Shown: positions 9,433 to 21,468, numbered from the stretch's first letter. The stretch is DNA of 64,000 nt from Alphaproteobacteria bacterium (GCA_965232515.1 CBDDPY010000002.1:6816001-6880000), one strand, 5' to 3'. Notes: generated by a model from the letters alone, not told the origin. Numbers and translations: made by a program.

Positions 9433-11346
9433 ATGCAGCTCTTGAGTATCGCCTTCTCGACCGGTGGCCGGCGCAATCCGGAAGGCTGGCTCAAGGCCGC
9501 GATCACCGCCTATGCCGCGGGCGTCACCTGCTGGGTGGTCTACGCGGCGACGTTTGCCTTCATCGACGCGCTGGCACTGACCATCATCTTCCTGGCGCTG
9601 ATGCTGGTGCTGGTGTTCCTGACCATCAACGCCACGTCGGCCAGCGCCTCGGGCCGGCCGCCGATTTACGACGTCGTCTTCGCGGCGGCGAGCGCGGCCG
9701 CCGGCGGCTATTTCGCGGTCAATGTCGATGTCATCGCCGAACGGATCACGCTGCTCGACCCGTTGAGCGCATGGGACATCGTCTTCGCCACGATCCTCTG
9801 GGTGCTGACGCTGGAGGCGACGCGGCGCACGGTCGGGCTCGGTCTTGCCGTGCTGGTCGGGCTGTTCATCCTCTACAACCTGTTCGGCGACCGCTTCGAG
9901 GGCCCGCTGAACCACGGCCTGATCACCTATGAGCACTTCGTTGACATCATGGTGTTCACGACGGACGGCATCTTCGGCGTGCCGCTCAGGGTCGCTGGTA
10001 CTTACGTGTTTCTGTTCGTGCTGTTCGGCACCTTTCTGTCGAAGGCCGGCGGCAGCGAGTTCTTCTTCGACCTGGCGGCGGCGCTGAGTGGGCGCACGCC
10101 CGGCGGGCCGGCGAAGATCGCCGTGGTCTCGTCCGGCCTCTACGGCACGATTTCGGGCAGCCCGACGTCGGATGTGGTGACGACGGGCGCCGTGACGATC
10201 CCGATCATGAAGCGGCTCGGCTATTCCGGGTCGCTCGCCGGCGGCGTCGAGGTCGCGGCCTCGACGGGCGGCAGCATCCTGCCGCCGGTCATGGGTTCGG
10301 CCGCCTTCATCATGGCCGACTTCACCGACCTCGATTACCTCGACATCGTTATTGCCGGGCTGGTACCGGCGTTTCTCTATTACATCTGCATCTATACGCA
10401 GGTGCATTTGCGCTCGCTGAAGCTGGGCCTGGCGCCGCTGGCGGCCGCCGATGTGCCGCTGCTGCGCGACACCATGAAACGCGGCGGGCTGTTCTTGGTG
10501 CCGCTGGTGGTGATCGTGGTGGCGCTGGTGCAGGGCTATACGCCGACCTACGTGGCGGTGTTCGGCGCCGCGTCCGTGTTCGTGACCTCGCTGTTCCGGG
10601 CCGACACGCGCATGGGGCCGCGGGCGGTCTACGAGACGCTGGCGGAAGCCGCGCTGCGCATGGTGCCGGTGACGGGCGCCTGCGCCGCCGCCGGGTTGGT
10701 GATCGGCGGCATCACCATGACCGGGCTCGCGGCCAAGTTCTCGCATCTGATTTTCTTCTTGACCGACGCCGACCTGTTCCTGTCGTTGCTGGCGGCGGCG
10801 GCGCTGACCATCGTGCTCGGCCTCGGCATGCCGACGCCCAGCGCCTATATCCTCGCCGCCGTGCTGGTCGGGCCGCTGTTGATCAACGATCTCGGCGTCA
10901 ACCTGATGGCCGGGCACATGTTCCTGTTGTACTTCGCCGTGCTGTCGGCGATGACGCCGCCGGTGGCGGTCGCGGCCTATGCGGCGTCGGCTATTGCGCA
11001 GGACAATCCGTTGAAGATCGCCGTTACCGCCGTGCGGCTGTCGCTCGGCGCTTTCGTGCTGCCGTTCGCCTTCGTCTACGCCAACGGCATCCTGCTGATC
11101 GGCGAGCCAGTGGAGATCGTGCTGGCCTGTACGGGCGCGGCCGTCGGGCTGGTGTTGCTGTCGATCGCCGCCGAGGGCTATCTCAAGGCGCCGATCCCGA
11201 GTTGGCGGCGGCTGCTGGCGGCGGGCGCAGGCTTGGCGCTGCTGGCGCCGACTCCCGTCACGGGCGCAGCAGGGCTGGCAGCGGGCGCCGTGGCGCTGGC
11301 GCCGAGTTTTATCGGCGGGGCTGGCCGGCGCCGCCCTGGTGGCTGA
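9433..11346 (+). CDS. TAXI-TRAP fused 4TM/12TM permease
   Basis: GGPAKIAVVSS, TIPIMKRLGY, EVAASTGG, PPVMGSAAF, LGLGMPT, TPPVAVAAYAA. Confidence 0.92.
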   Translation: MQLLSIAFSTGGRRNPEGWLKAAITAYAAGVTCWVVYAATFAFIDALALTIIFLALMLVLVFLTINATSASASGRPPIYDVVFAAASAAAGGYFAVNVDVIAERITLLDPLSAWDIVFATILWVLTLEATRRTVGLGLAVLVGLFILYNLFGDRFEGPLNHGLITYEHFVDIMVFTTDGIFGVPLRVAGTYVFLFVLFGTFLSKAGGSEFFFDLAAALSGRTPGGPAKIAVVSSGLYGTISGSPTSDVVTTGAVTIPIMKRLGYSGSLAGGVEVAASTGGSILPPVMGSAAFIMADFTDLDYLDIVIAGLVPAFLYYICIYTQVHLRSLKLGLAPLAAADVPLLRDTMKRGGLFLVPLVVIVVALVQGYTPTYVAVFGAASVFVTSLFRADTRMGPRAVYETLAEAALRMVPVTGACAAAGLVIGGITMTGLAAKFSHLIFFLTDADLFLSLLAAAALTIVLGLGMPTPSAYILAAVLVGPLLINDLGVNLMAGHMFLLYFAVLSAMTPPVAVAAYAASAIAQDNPLKIAVTAVRLSLGAFVLPFAFVYANGILLIGEPVEIVLACTGAAVGLVLLSIAAEGYLKAPIPSWRRLLAAGAGLALLAPTPVTGAAGLAAGAVALAPSFIGGAGRRRPGG

Positions 11347-12091
11347 AAGCGCCCACATCAACGACAGTGCCGGAAATCTGCGCCGCCTGGTCCGAGAGCA
11401 GGAAGGCGACGGCGTTGGCGATGTCCTGCGGCGTGGTTGGACGCCCGCTCGCGGTTTGCACCGGCGGCAGCGGCCGTTGCGCAGCCATTTCCTCGACCAT
11501 GCCCGACGCGGTCTGCGGTCCCGGCACGACGGTGTTGACCCGGATACCGTCGCCCAGGTGGTCGTAGGCCATGGCGGCGCTGAGCGCGAAGACGCCGCCC
11601 TTGCTGGCGCAGTAGGCGGCCGAGTTCGGCTTGCCCCAGCCGGAACCCGAGCCGATGTTGACGATGGCGCCGCCACCGGCCGCGACCATGTGCGGGATCA
11701 CCGCGCGTGATGTCAGGTACGGGCCTTTCAGGTTGACGGCCAGCACCTGGTCGTAGGTGGCTTCGTCGGTATCCAGAATGGTGCCGCTTGGACGGATGGC
11801 GGCGTTATTGACCAGTCCATCGATCCGGCCGGTGGCGGCGAGCGCCGCCGTGACCACGCGGGCGACGTCGTTGGCGTTTGCGACATCGCCGTCCATTACC
11901 GCGCCCTCGAGCCCGGCTTCGGCCAGCGCCTCGCGCGTGTCCTCGACGCCGCCTTCGGCGGCGCTGCCGGGCTGGCGCGCCGACAGGCCGAAGGCGACCA
12001 CGCGCCAGCCGCGACGCGCGAGATCCATCACGATGCCGCGGCCGATGCCGTAGGTGCCGCCGGCGACGATAACGGTGCGACGGTCTGGCAC
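11309..12091 (-). CDS. SDR-family oxidoreductase (possible cis-dihydrodiol dehydrogenase)
   Basis: GGTYGIG, NNAA, YCASK; directly downstream of dioxygenase alpha/beta. Confidence 0.85.
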   Translation of the reverse strand: MPDRRTVIVAGGTYGIGRGIVMDLARRGWRVVAFGLSARQPGSAAEGGVEDTREALAEAGLEGAVMDGDVANANDVARVVTAALAATGRIDGLVNNAAIRPSGTILDTDEATYDQVLAVNLKGPYLTSRAVIPHMVAAGGGAIVNIGSGSGWGKPNSAAYCASKGGVFALSAAMAYDHLGDGIRVNTVVPGPQTASGMVEEMAAQRPLPPVQTASGRPTTPQDIANAVAFLLSDQAAQISGTVVDVGAFSHQGGAGQPRR

Positions 12092-12103
12092 GGGGGCAGC
12101 CTC

Positions 12104-12640
12104 CTAGAAGAACGTGGTCAGGTTCTTGGCCAGCAGCACGTTCTGATCGAGGAAGACCTCGCGCCGGGCGATCAGGAAGCTGTCGCCCGACCGGCGCAGG
12201 CGGTCGTGGCGCTTGCCGACATAGAAATCGGTCTCGGTCTCGGTGCGGTTGCGGTAAAGCAGAAAGCGGCAGCGGGCCTCGACTAATGCGTCGTCGACGG
12301 CCTCGGCCTCGACGTTCGAGATCATGTGCGTCGTGCGCGAGACCGGTTCCTCGGCCCAGTGCACGCCGGTCATGATCTGTTTGACCCGCTGCTCGATCTC
12401 GAACTTGCCCTCGTCGAACCAGTTCAGGTCCTTGCCCTCGGCCGAGCGCTCGCCGTCCCATTCGCCGAAGGGCCGGTTGTAGTTCAGCGGCATCCAGTAG
12501 CGCAGGTCGTCGGCCAGCAGGTCGAGCCACGCCTGGAACTGTCTTGAATCGAGCAGATCTGCCTCGCGGGCGTAGAACTGCTCGACCGCGTGCTTCAACA
12601 GCAGTCGGTCGAGCAGGGCCTTGTCGGCGCCGATGTCCAT
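12104..12640 (-). CDS. Aromatic ring-hydroxylating dioxygenase beta subunit
   Basis: EQFYAREADLLD, YWMP, WAEEPVSRTTHMISN, LDQNVLLAKNLTTFF (BphA2/HcaF-like). Confidence 0.92.
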   Translation of the reverse strand: MDIGADKALLDRLLLKHAVEQFYAREADLLDSRQFQAWLDLLADDLRYWMPLNYNRPFGEWDGERSAEGKDLNWFDEGKFEIEQRVKQIMTGVHWAEEPVSRTTHMISNVEAEAVDDALVEARCRFLLYRNRTETETDFYVGKRHDRLRRSGDSFLIARREVFLDQNVLLAKNLTTFF

Positions 12641-12644
12641 GACG

Positions 12645-14015
12645 TTACTCCGCCGCCTTGACGTCAGAAGGCCGCAAGGCGCCGGCGCCGGGCGGGGTGT
12701 CCATCATCGCCGCCCAGCGGGCGTAGAAGGCCCGCTGGTTCTGCTCCGAGACGTCCTCGGTGGCGTAGACGTCGCCGCCGAGCCAGTCGACCGGCCAGCC
12801 CTTGCGCTCGTGCCCCAAGCCCATGCCGTAGTGGAACGGATGCCGGCGGGCGATGGTGCCGCGCGCGCCCTCGTGCGCGTAGCCCCAGTTCTCCATGTCG
12901 TCCTGCTCGGTCAGGCCCGAGGGTCCCTGGTAGCGGATGACGTAGTGGCGCAGCACGTTCTTCACTTCGCCGGGCGCGGCCTTCGGCACCAGGAAGATGC
13001 GCCAGGTCTCTGTCTCGTGCGGGCCGGCCGGATGCCAGGTGCCCATGGACTGGACGCCGTTGGAGTAGGAGACGTTCGGAAAAATCGTGCCGCCATGGCC
13101 GAACCAGCGGGACTTCTCGCCCAGCCGCTCCTGGCGTTTGGCATAGCACTCACGGAACCAGTCCTCGACCACCGGCATTTCCTGGTAGGTCGGCATGTAG
13201 TCGTAATCGTCCTTGAACAGCTCGCCGCGCGCGGTGTGGCCTTCCGGCGTGATGCAGATGTTGAGCTTGTAGACCTCGCGCTTGCGCGTCACCGTGTCGT
13301 AGGTGTGGCGGCCTTTGACGCCCGCTGGCGACAGCACGACCTGGTCGACCGATGCGTGACTGGGGTTGTGGTAATAGTCGCCGGCGAAATTTTCGGCGCC
13401 GAACTTCCAGTTGTTGGGCATGCGCCATTTGAAGATGCCGCCGAGCGCTTCCCAGTCGCCGAACGTGCCGTCGGGCAGCTCGCAATAGTCGTCGAAATAG
13501 AAGCGGTGGTCGCCCAGATAGGTCTCGAAGTCGGGCGTGGCCTCGTCCCAGCAGGCGAAGATGAAGCCGTGATAGCTGCTGACCCGGGCCTCGATCAGGC
13601 CCCATTTGCCGCGGTCGAGCTCGTTGTGGTAGCCCGACTCCAGCTTGGGCACGGCGATCAGCTCGCCCTGATCGGAATAGACCCAGGCGTGATAGGGGCA
13701 GTAGAACTTGCGCGTGTTGCCGTGGTCGTAGCGGCAGACCCGCATGCCGCGGTGACGGCAGTTGTTCAGGAAGACGTGCAGGCGGCCGTCGCGGTCGCGA
13801 TTGACGATGACGGACTCTTCGCCCATGCGGCCGAGCACGAAATCGCCGGGTTCGGGGATCTGGCTCTCATGCCCGACGAACAGCCAGGCGCGCGCGAACA
13901 CGCGCTCCAGCTCGTCCTCGTAGACCGCCTGGTTGCTGAAGATATCGCGGCTGATCAGGCCCCGGTCGATATCGACCAGCCCGCCGCCATAGGTTCGTTC
14001 CCCGCCATCACGCAT
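12645..14015 (-). CDS. Rieske aromatic ring-hydroxylating dioxygenase alpha subunit
   Basis: Rieske CRH...CPYH; NWKFGAENFAGDYYHNPSH; EQDDMENW; SEQNQRAFYARW (biphenyl/phenylpropionate-type). Confidence 0.93.
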   Translation of the reverse strand: MRDGGERTYGGGLVDIDRGLISRDIFSNQAVYEDELERVFARAWLFVGHESQIPEPGDFVLGRMGEESVIVNRDRDGRLHVFLNNCRHRGMRVCRYDHGNTRKFYCPYHAWVYSDQGELIAVPKLESGYHNELDRGKWGLIEARVSSYHGFIFACWDEATPDFETYLGDHRFYFDDYCELPDGTFGDWEALGGIFKWRMPNNWKFGAENFAGDYYHNPSHASVDQVVLSPAGVKGRHTYDTVTRKREVYKLNICITPEGHTARGELFKDDYDYMPTYQEMPVVEDWFRECYAKRQERLGEKSRWFGHGGTIFPNVSYSNGVQSMGTWHPAGPHETETWRIFLVPKAAPGEVKNVLRHYVIRYQGPSGLTEQDDMENWGYAHEGARGTIARRHPFHYGMGLGHERKGWPVDWLGGDVYATEDVSEQNQRAFYARWAAMMDTPPGAGALRPSDVKAAE

Positions 14016-14253
14016 ACCGCGACCTCCCGAAATTCCGGCCGACTATACACAGGGGCTCTCGGGCGCGACAACTCGGGCGCCGTCCGCCCGCACAGGGCCT
14101 GAAAAATCCGTTCCTGAGACAATAATCAACCGCCGCCGCGATGTTTTCGGTTGTGTGAAGAAGATTGACCTAAAGAAAAATCAAAAAGGCAAAATATTCA
14201 TCTCACCCATTTGGGGTAGATACTTGTGACCAAAAATAATCATCACACCGTGA

Positions 14254-14269
14254 TGTGAAAAATATCACT
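14254..14269. promoter_or_regulatory. CRP-family box-like site in AT-rich intergenic region
   Basis: TGTGA-AAAATA-TCACT, 9/10 match to TGTGA-N6-TCACA; overlaps palindrome CATCAC-ACC-GTGATG (14241-14255). Confidence 0.45.
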
Positions 14270-14350
14270 ATCAGAGAAATATGAACAGCTCATGTTTGAG
14301 GAAATAAAGGGAGGTCCCTTTGGATTTACTCGAACAAGGGATGTTTCACT

Positions 14351-16156
14351 ATGGCTATATCTCCATCTGAGCGTGCGCGTACCGTCGCCAAAGAGCTTTC
14401 GGCGAAGACCTTCAAGGCCAAGGACGTCCGGCTGGTCAGCGCCGTTCGTTCGGCGTTGGCGGAAAGTGGACGGGCCCTGCACCGGTTTATCGCCCATGAC
14501 AGCAAGGACCCCAACGGGCCCCGGCTTGCGGTCATCCTCGACGACGACGGCAGGGAAGTCGAGGCGGCGTCTCTCTCGGCAGCCGTTGCCGGGGCGCTTG
14601 GCGTCGAAGTCGCGGCCGGAGCAACGGTGGTCGGGCGGCCGGTGGCAACGCCGGCGGCCTCGGCGACGATCGATCCGACGTCGAACGATCTGGTGCTGGA
14701 GCTGGGCGAGGTCGAGGAAGAGATCGTCACCGTGACGATCCCGGCAATGGCCGGCGTGAGCAAGGCGGACGTCTATCTGCTGGCTGACACCACCGGCAGC
14801 ATGACGTCGGTCATTGATGCGGTCCAAATGGGCGCCAACGCCATCCTGAACGGCGTGCCGGGCGGCATCGACTTCGCCTTCGGCGTCGGCAACTACCGGG
14901 ACCTGCCCGACACCAATCCGCCCTTCGTGCATCAGCTGGACCCGGACACCAACCCGGCGAACGTGACGGCGGCGATCAATGCCTGGTCGGCCGGTATGGG
15001 CGGCGACACGCCGGAAGCGCAACTGTTCGCGCTGCACCAGCTGGGCGAGGCGCCAGGCGGCGCCATCGGCTGGCGGCCGGATTCGAAACGGATCATCGTC
15101 TGGTTCGGCGACGCGCCGGGCCACGATCCGATCTGCGCCGCGCTCTCGGGCCTCGGCTTCGACATCACCGAGGCGTCGGCGACGGCGCGTCTGGTGGCCG
15201 AGGACATCACCGTGCTGGCGATCAGCACCGACACCGGCACGGCGAACGCGCTGAACGGCGATCCGACTGCGGGCGCGGTCGACTACACGCCGCCGTGCGC
15301 GGTCGGCGGTGCGTCGGGTCAGGCCACCCGGATCGCGAATGCGACAGGCGGCAAGCATGTCGCGGGCATCGATGCCGGCGATATCGTCGACACAATCGTC
15401 GACCTGATCGAGTCGGCGGTGCTGGACATCGACAAGGTGACGCTGGAACCGACCGCGGCGGTGGCGCCCTTCGTCGAGTCGATCATGCCGCCGTCCTACG
15501 GCCCGCTGCCGGGCGACGAAGAGCACGTGCTGCCCTTCAAGGTCCGCTGGCGCGGCGTGAAGCCGTGCGGCGACGAGGATGTCGTGGTGACCGGCGGGCT
15601 GAACGCGGTGGCCGACGGTTCGGTGATCGCGCGCAAGCCGGTCAGGATCACGATCCCGGCCTGTCCGCCCGAGTTCGTCTACGCCATCAAGTATGTGTGC
15701 GGCACGTCCGAGGACTGCGGTTGTCCGGACGCGCCGGTGCGGCCCGGACGCTATGCGACCGAGATCAACATCCATAATCCGAGCCGCCATACTGCGGCGG
15801 TGGCGAAGTGGGTGTCGCCGACCGTATCGGCCGGCATCGGCATCGCCCGCGAGCCTCGGTCGCAAGGGCCGGTCAACCGCGACCGTATCAAGCTGCGGCC
15901 GCATGAGGTGACCATGGATGACTGCAAACGGCTGGCGGAGCTGCACTACGGTGCGCCGGCCGAGGGTAAGCTGCCGCTGACGATCGGCTTCCTGGAGATC
16001 GTGAGCACGCAGCAGCTCGTCGTCACCGCTGTCTATACCGCGACCGGTGCGGACGGCGGCCTGACCATGGATGTGGAGACCGTGCAGCCGATCGTTCGCC
16101 CGCAGTTGCCGCCGCGGGTGCCCGGCGGGTCGGCGCCGTCGGGCCCGGCCGGCTAG
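14351..16156 (+). CDS. vWA (integrin beta I-like) domain protein with Cys-containing C-terminal domain of unknown function
   Basis: MIDAS DTTGS, GGDTPEA, IGWRPDSKRIIVWFGDAPGH; C-terminal YAIKYVCG...GRYATEINIHNP...GFLEI; no signal peptide seen. Confidence 0.8.
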   Translation: MAISPSERARTVAKELSAKTFKAKDVRLVSAVRSALAESGRALHRFIAHDSKDPNGPRLAVILDDDGREVEAASLSAAVAGALGVEVAAGATVVGRPVATPAASATIDPTSNDLVLELGEVEEEIVTVTIPAMAGVSKADVYLLADTTGSMTSVIDAVQMGANAILNGVPGGIDFAFGVGNYRDLPDTNPPFVHQLDPDTNPANVTAAINAWSAGMGGDTPEAQLFALHQLGEAPGGAIGWRPDSKRIIVWFGDAPGHDPICAALSGLGFDITEASATARLVAEDITVLAISTDTGTANALNGDPTAGAVDYTPPCAVGGASGQATRIANATGGKHVAGIDAGDIVDTIVDLIESAVLDIDKVTLEPTAAVAPFVESIMPPSYGPLPGDEEHVLPFKVRWRGVKPCGDEDVVVTGGLNAVADGSVIARKPVRITIPACPPEFVYAIKYVCGTSEDCGCPDAPVRPGRYATEINIHNPSRHTAAVAKWVSPTVSAGIGIAREPRSQGPVNRDRIKLRPHEVTMDDCKRLAELHYGAPAEGKLPLTIGFLEIVSTQQLVVTAVYTATGADGGLTMDVETVQPIVRPQLPPRVPGGSAPSGPAG

Positions 16157-16195
16157 GTCAGCGGCGTTTCTCCGATCACCGGAGAGGCACCAAGT

Positions 16196-16227
16196 TCACC
16201 GGCCCGCTCTTGGGGGCGGGCCGGTGA
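16196..16227. terminator. Long hairpin between convergent vWA and ATPase genes
   Basis: TCACCGGCCCGCTC-TTGG-GGGCGGGCCGGTGA (14-bp stem, one G-U). Confidence 0.55.
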
Positions 16228-16235
16228 GCTCCCCG

Positions 16236-18986
<2,751 letters not shown>

Positions 18987-19038
18987 TACGCGGGCGGCAC
19001 TTTGGAAGCGGCCGCCGACCCGGATCGCCGCGCAGCAG

Positions 19039-19245
19039 TCAGGTGGTTTTGTCGTCGACGGTTGCGGCCGGCATCGTCGCGTGGGCGTTGACGAACGCTT
19101 CCAGATCCTTGACCGCGACCCGGAACTCGCGGCCGAACCGGACGGCCCGCAGTTCGGCCTCGTGGATCCAGCCGCGAACGGTCGTCTCGCTGACTTTCAG
19201 AAGCTCGGCCACGTCATGCGTGGTCATGAAGGGTTGGCTCAGCAT
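19039..19245 (-). CDS. Small HTH_17/excisionase-like DNA-binding protein
   Basis: MLSQPFMTTHDVAELLKVSETTVRGWIHEAELRAVRFGREFRV; C-terminal part of ORF 19039..19521; RBS GAGG. Confidence 0.85.
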   Translation of the reverse strand: MLSQPFMTTHDVAELLKVSETTVRGWIHEAELRAVRFGREFRVAVKDLEAFVNAHATMPAATVDDKTT

Positions 19246-19309
19246 CGCTTGAGCGCCTCGTAGTGCAAACGAACGCGGTTGAGCATGGTTGAGCGCAAAC
19301 GGGCGGTCT

Positions 19310-19323
19310 TTGACCGATATCAA
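19310..19323. promoter_or_regulatory. FNR/FnrL/FixK box
   Basis: TTGAC-CGAT-ATCAA vs consensus TTGAT-N4-ATCAA, in divergent intergenic region before adh-usp. Confidence 0.8.
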
Positions 19324-19393
19324 TGCCGACCAGCGGCGGGGAGGGCACTTGGGCGTCAGCTCAGCAGGGGCCAAAAAGGAGACGGACCGAGCC

Positions 19394-20470
19394 ATGCCCA
19401 CGATGATGAAAGCGGCTGTTTTCGCTGAACCAGGACGCATCGTCCTGGACGACAAGCCGATGCCGGAGGTCGGCCCGAACGACGCGCTGGTGCGGATCAC
19501 AACAACGACGATCTGCGGCACGGATGTTCATATCCTGAAGGGCGAGTATCCCGTGGAGCGGGGCCTGACGGTGGGGCATGAGCCGGTCGGTGTCATCGAG
19601 AAGCTGGGCCGGAACGTGCAGGGCTACGCCGAGGGCCAGCGCGTGATCGCCGGCGCGATCTGCCCGAGCGGCTATTCCAACGCCTGCCTCGACGGCCTGC
19701 ATTCGCAGGACGGCCAGAGCGGGGCGCATGGCCTGAAGCCCATCGGCGGCTGGCGTTTCGGCAACACCATCGACGGCTCGCAGGCCGAGTTTCTGCTGGT
19801 GCCGGACGCCATGGCGAACCTGGCGCCGGTACCGGACGGGTTGAGCGACGATCAGGTGCTGATGTGCCCGGACATCATGTCGACCGGCTTTGCCGGGGCC
19901 GAGTCCGGCAACATCAAGATCGGCGACACGGTAGCCGTGTTCGCGCAAGGCCCGATCGGCCTCTGCGCCACCGCCGGCGCGAAGCTGAAAGGCGCGACGA
20001 CGATCATCGCCGTCGAGACCGTGCCCGAGCGGATGGCGATGGCGAAGAGCATCGGCGCCGATCTGGTGGTGGATTTCAGCCACGTCGATCCGGTCGCGGA
20101 AATCATGCGCCTGACGGACGGCCGCGGCGTCGACGTGGCGATCGAGGCGCTCGGCCTGCAATCGACCTTCGAGTGGTGCCTTTCCGTCTTGAAGCCCGGC
20201 GGCACGCTGTCGAGCCTGGGCGTCTATTCGGACGATCTGAAGATCCCGCTCGCCGCATTTCACGCCGGCCTGGGCGACCACAAGATCGTCACTTCGCTCT
20301 GCCCCGGCGGCAAGGAGCGAATGCGGCGGCTGATGAACGTGATTGCATCGGGACGCGTCGACTTGAAACCGATGGTCACCCACCGCTATGGATTGGACGA
20401 GATCGAGACGGCCTATGAGCTGTTCGCGAACCAGCGGGACGGCGTGCTGAAGGTTGCGATCACGCCCTAG
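19394..20470 (+). CDS. adh: Zn-dependent alcohol dehydrogenase (MDR family)
   Basis: ICGTDVH, GHEPVG, CPDIMSTG, AQGPIGL; ATG 19394 after AAGGAG. Confidence 0.92.
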   Translation: MPTMMKAAVFAEPGRIVLDDKPMPEVGPNDALVRITTTTICGTDVHILKGEYPVERGLTVGHEPVGVIEKLGRNVQGYAEGQRVIAGAICPSGYSNACLDGLHSQDGQSGAHGLKPIGGWRFGNTIDGSQAEFLLVPDAMANLAPVPDGLSDDQVLMCPDIMSTGFAGAESGNIKIGDTVAVFAQGPIGLCATAGAKLKGATTIIAVETVPERMAMAKSIGADLVVDFSHVDPVAEIMRLTDGRGVDVAIEALGLQSTFEWCLSVLKPGGTLSSLGVYSDDLKIPLAAFHAGLGDHKIVTSLCPGGKERMRRLMNVIASGRVDLKPMVTHRYGLDEIETAYELFANQRDGVLKVAITP

Positions 20471-20514
20471 CCGCGCCAAATCAGGACGGACAACGGGAAA
20501 CGGGAGTTGCGTAG

Positions 20515-21363
20515 ATGAAGAACATCCTGATGGCGACGGATCTGTCGGCGCGGTCGGACCGGGCGCTGGCGCGGGCGCTGAGCCTGGCGCGTGACCGCGG
20601 CGGCGCGCTGACCGTGGTGCATGTGGTCGACGAGGATCTTCCGGCGTCGCTCGCCGATGCCCAGGCGAGCGCCGCCCGCGATGCCATCCGCGGGCATATC
20701 GACAGCCTTGCCGGCGATGACGGCGGCGATGTCACGATCAAGGTGGTCTTCGGCCGGCCCTACGTGAGCATTCTGGAGATCTCGGAGGACAGCGACGCCG
20801 ACCTGATCGTGCTGGGCCAGCATCGCGAAGACGCCTTCAAGGACATGTTCCGCGGCACCACGGTCGAACGCGTAATCCGCGCCGGCAACGCGCCCGTTCT
20901 GCTGGTCAAGGAACCGGTCAATGACCCCTACCGGCAGATCATGGTCGGGGTCGACTTTTCGGTCTACTCGAGGCGGGCCATCGAGTTCGCGATCACCTTT
21001 GCGCCGGGTGGCGAATTTCACCTGGTGCATGCCTACGACGTGCCGTTCAAGGGCTTTCTCTACGGTCACGATACGCGGCGGGAGGTCGGCAAGCAGCATC
21101 AAACCCAGTTCGAACAGATGATCGAGACCGAGATGGCGTCGTTCCTCGGCAGCCTGGACGGGCCGTTGCCGAAGCTGCAGCGGATCGCGCAGGAGGGCGT
21201 GGTGCGGGACGTCATCCACCAGCAGCTCGACCGGTTGAAACCGGACCTTTTGGTGATCGGTACGCACGGCCGGACGGGCGTCGCGCACGCCTTCCTGGGC
21301 AGCGTTGCCGAAGACCTGCTGCGGCAGCCGCCCTGCGACGTGCTGGCGGTGAAGGCCTGGTAG
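20515..21363 (+). CDS. Tandem-domain universal stress protein
   Basis: ILMATDLS and IMVGVDFS starts; GTHGRTG..LGSVAE..PPCDVL. Confidence 0.92.
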   Translation: MKNILMATDLSARSDRALARALSLARDRGGALTVVHVVDEDLPASLADAQASAARDAIRGHIDSLAGDDGGDVTIKVVFGRPYVSILEISEDSDADLIVLGQHREDAFKDMFRGTTVERVIRAGNAPVLLVKEPVNDPYRQIMVGVDFSVYSRRAIEFAITFAPGGEFHLVHAYDVPFKGFLYGHDTRREVGKQHQTQFEQMIETEMASFLGSLDGPLPKLQRIAQEGVVRDVIHQQLDRLKPDLLVIGTHGRTGVAHAFLGSVAEDLLRQPPCDVLAVKAW

Positions 21364-21468
21364 GCCGTGGTGAGCCAATCCCAGGGGCTGAATTTATTCA
21401 CCTTTTGGTAACCATGTTTAACGAGATTGGCGACGGCGCCGAGAGGCGTCGCGGCCATCTGGTGAGGC

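Noticed and set aside
19039-19245. Excisionase suggesting a prophage or ICE
   Set aside because: No integrase, att repeat, tRNA or phage gene in the window
19394-20470. Loss of structural-zinc cysteines in Adh as pseudogenisation
   Set aside because: Catalytic C/H/D ligands are intact; single-zinc ADHs of this type are known
21385-21425. CtrA-like TAAC motifs before the beta-barrel gene and a similar stretch at 61895-61917
   Set aside because: Two mismatches or N6 spacing; too weak to call
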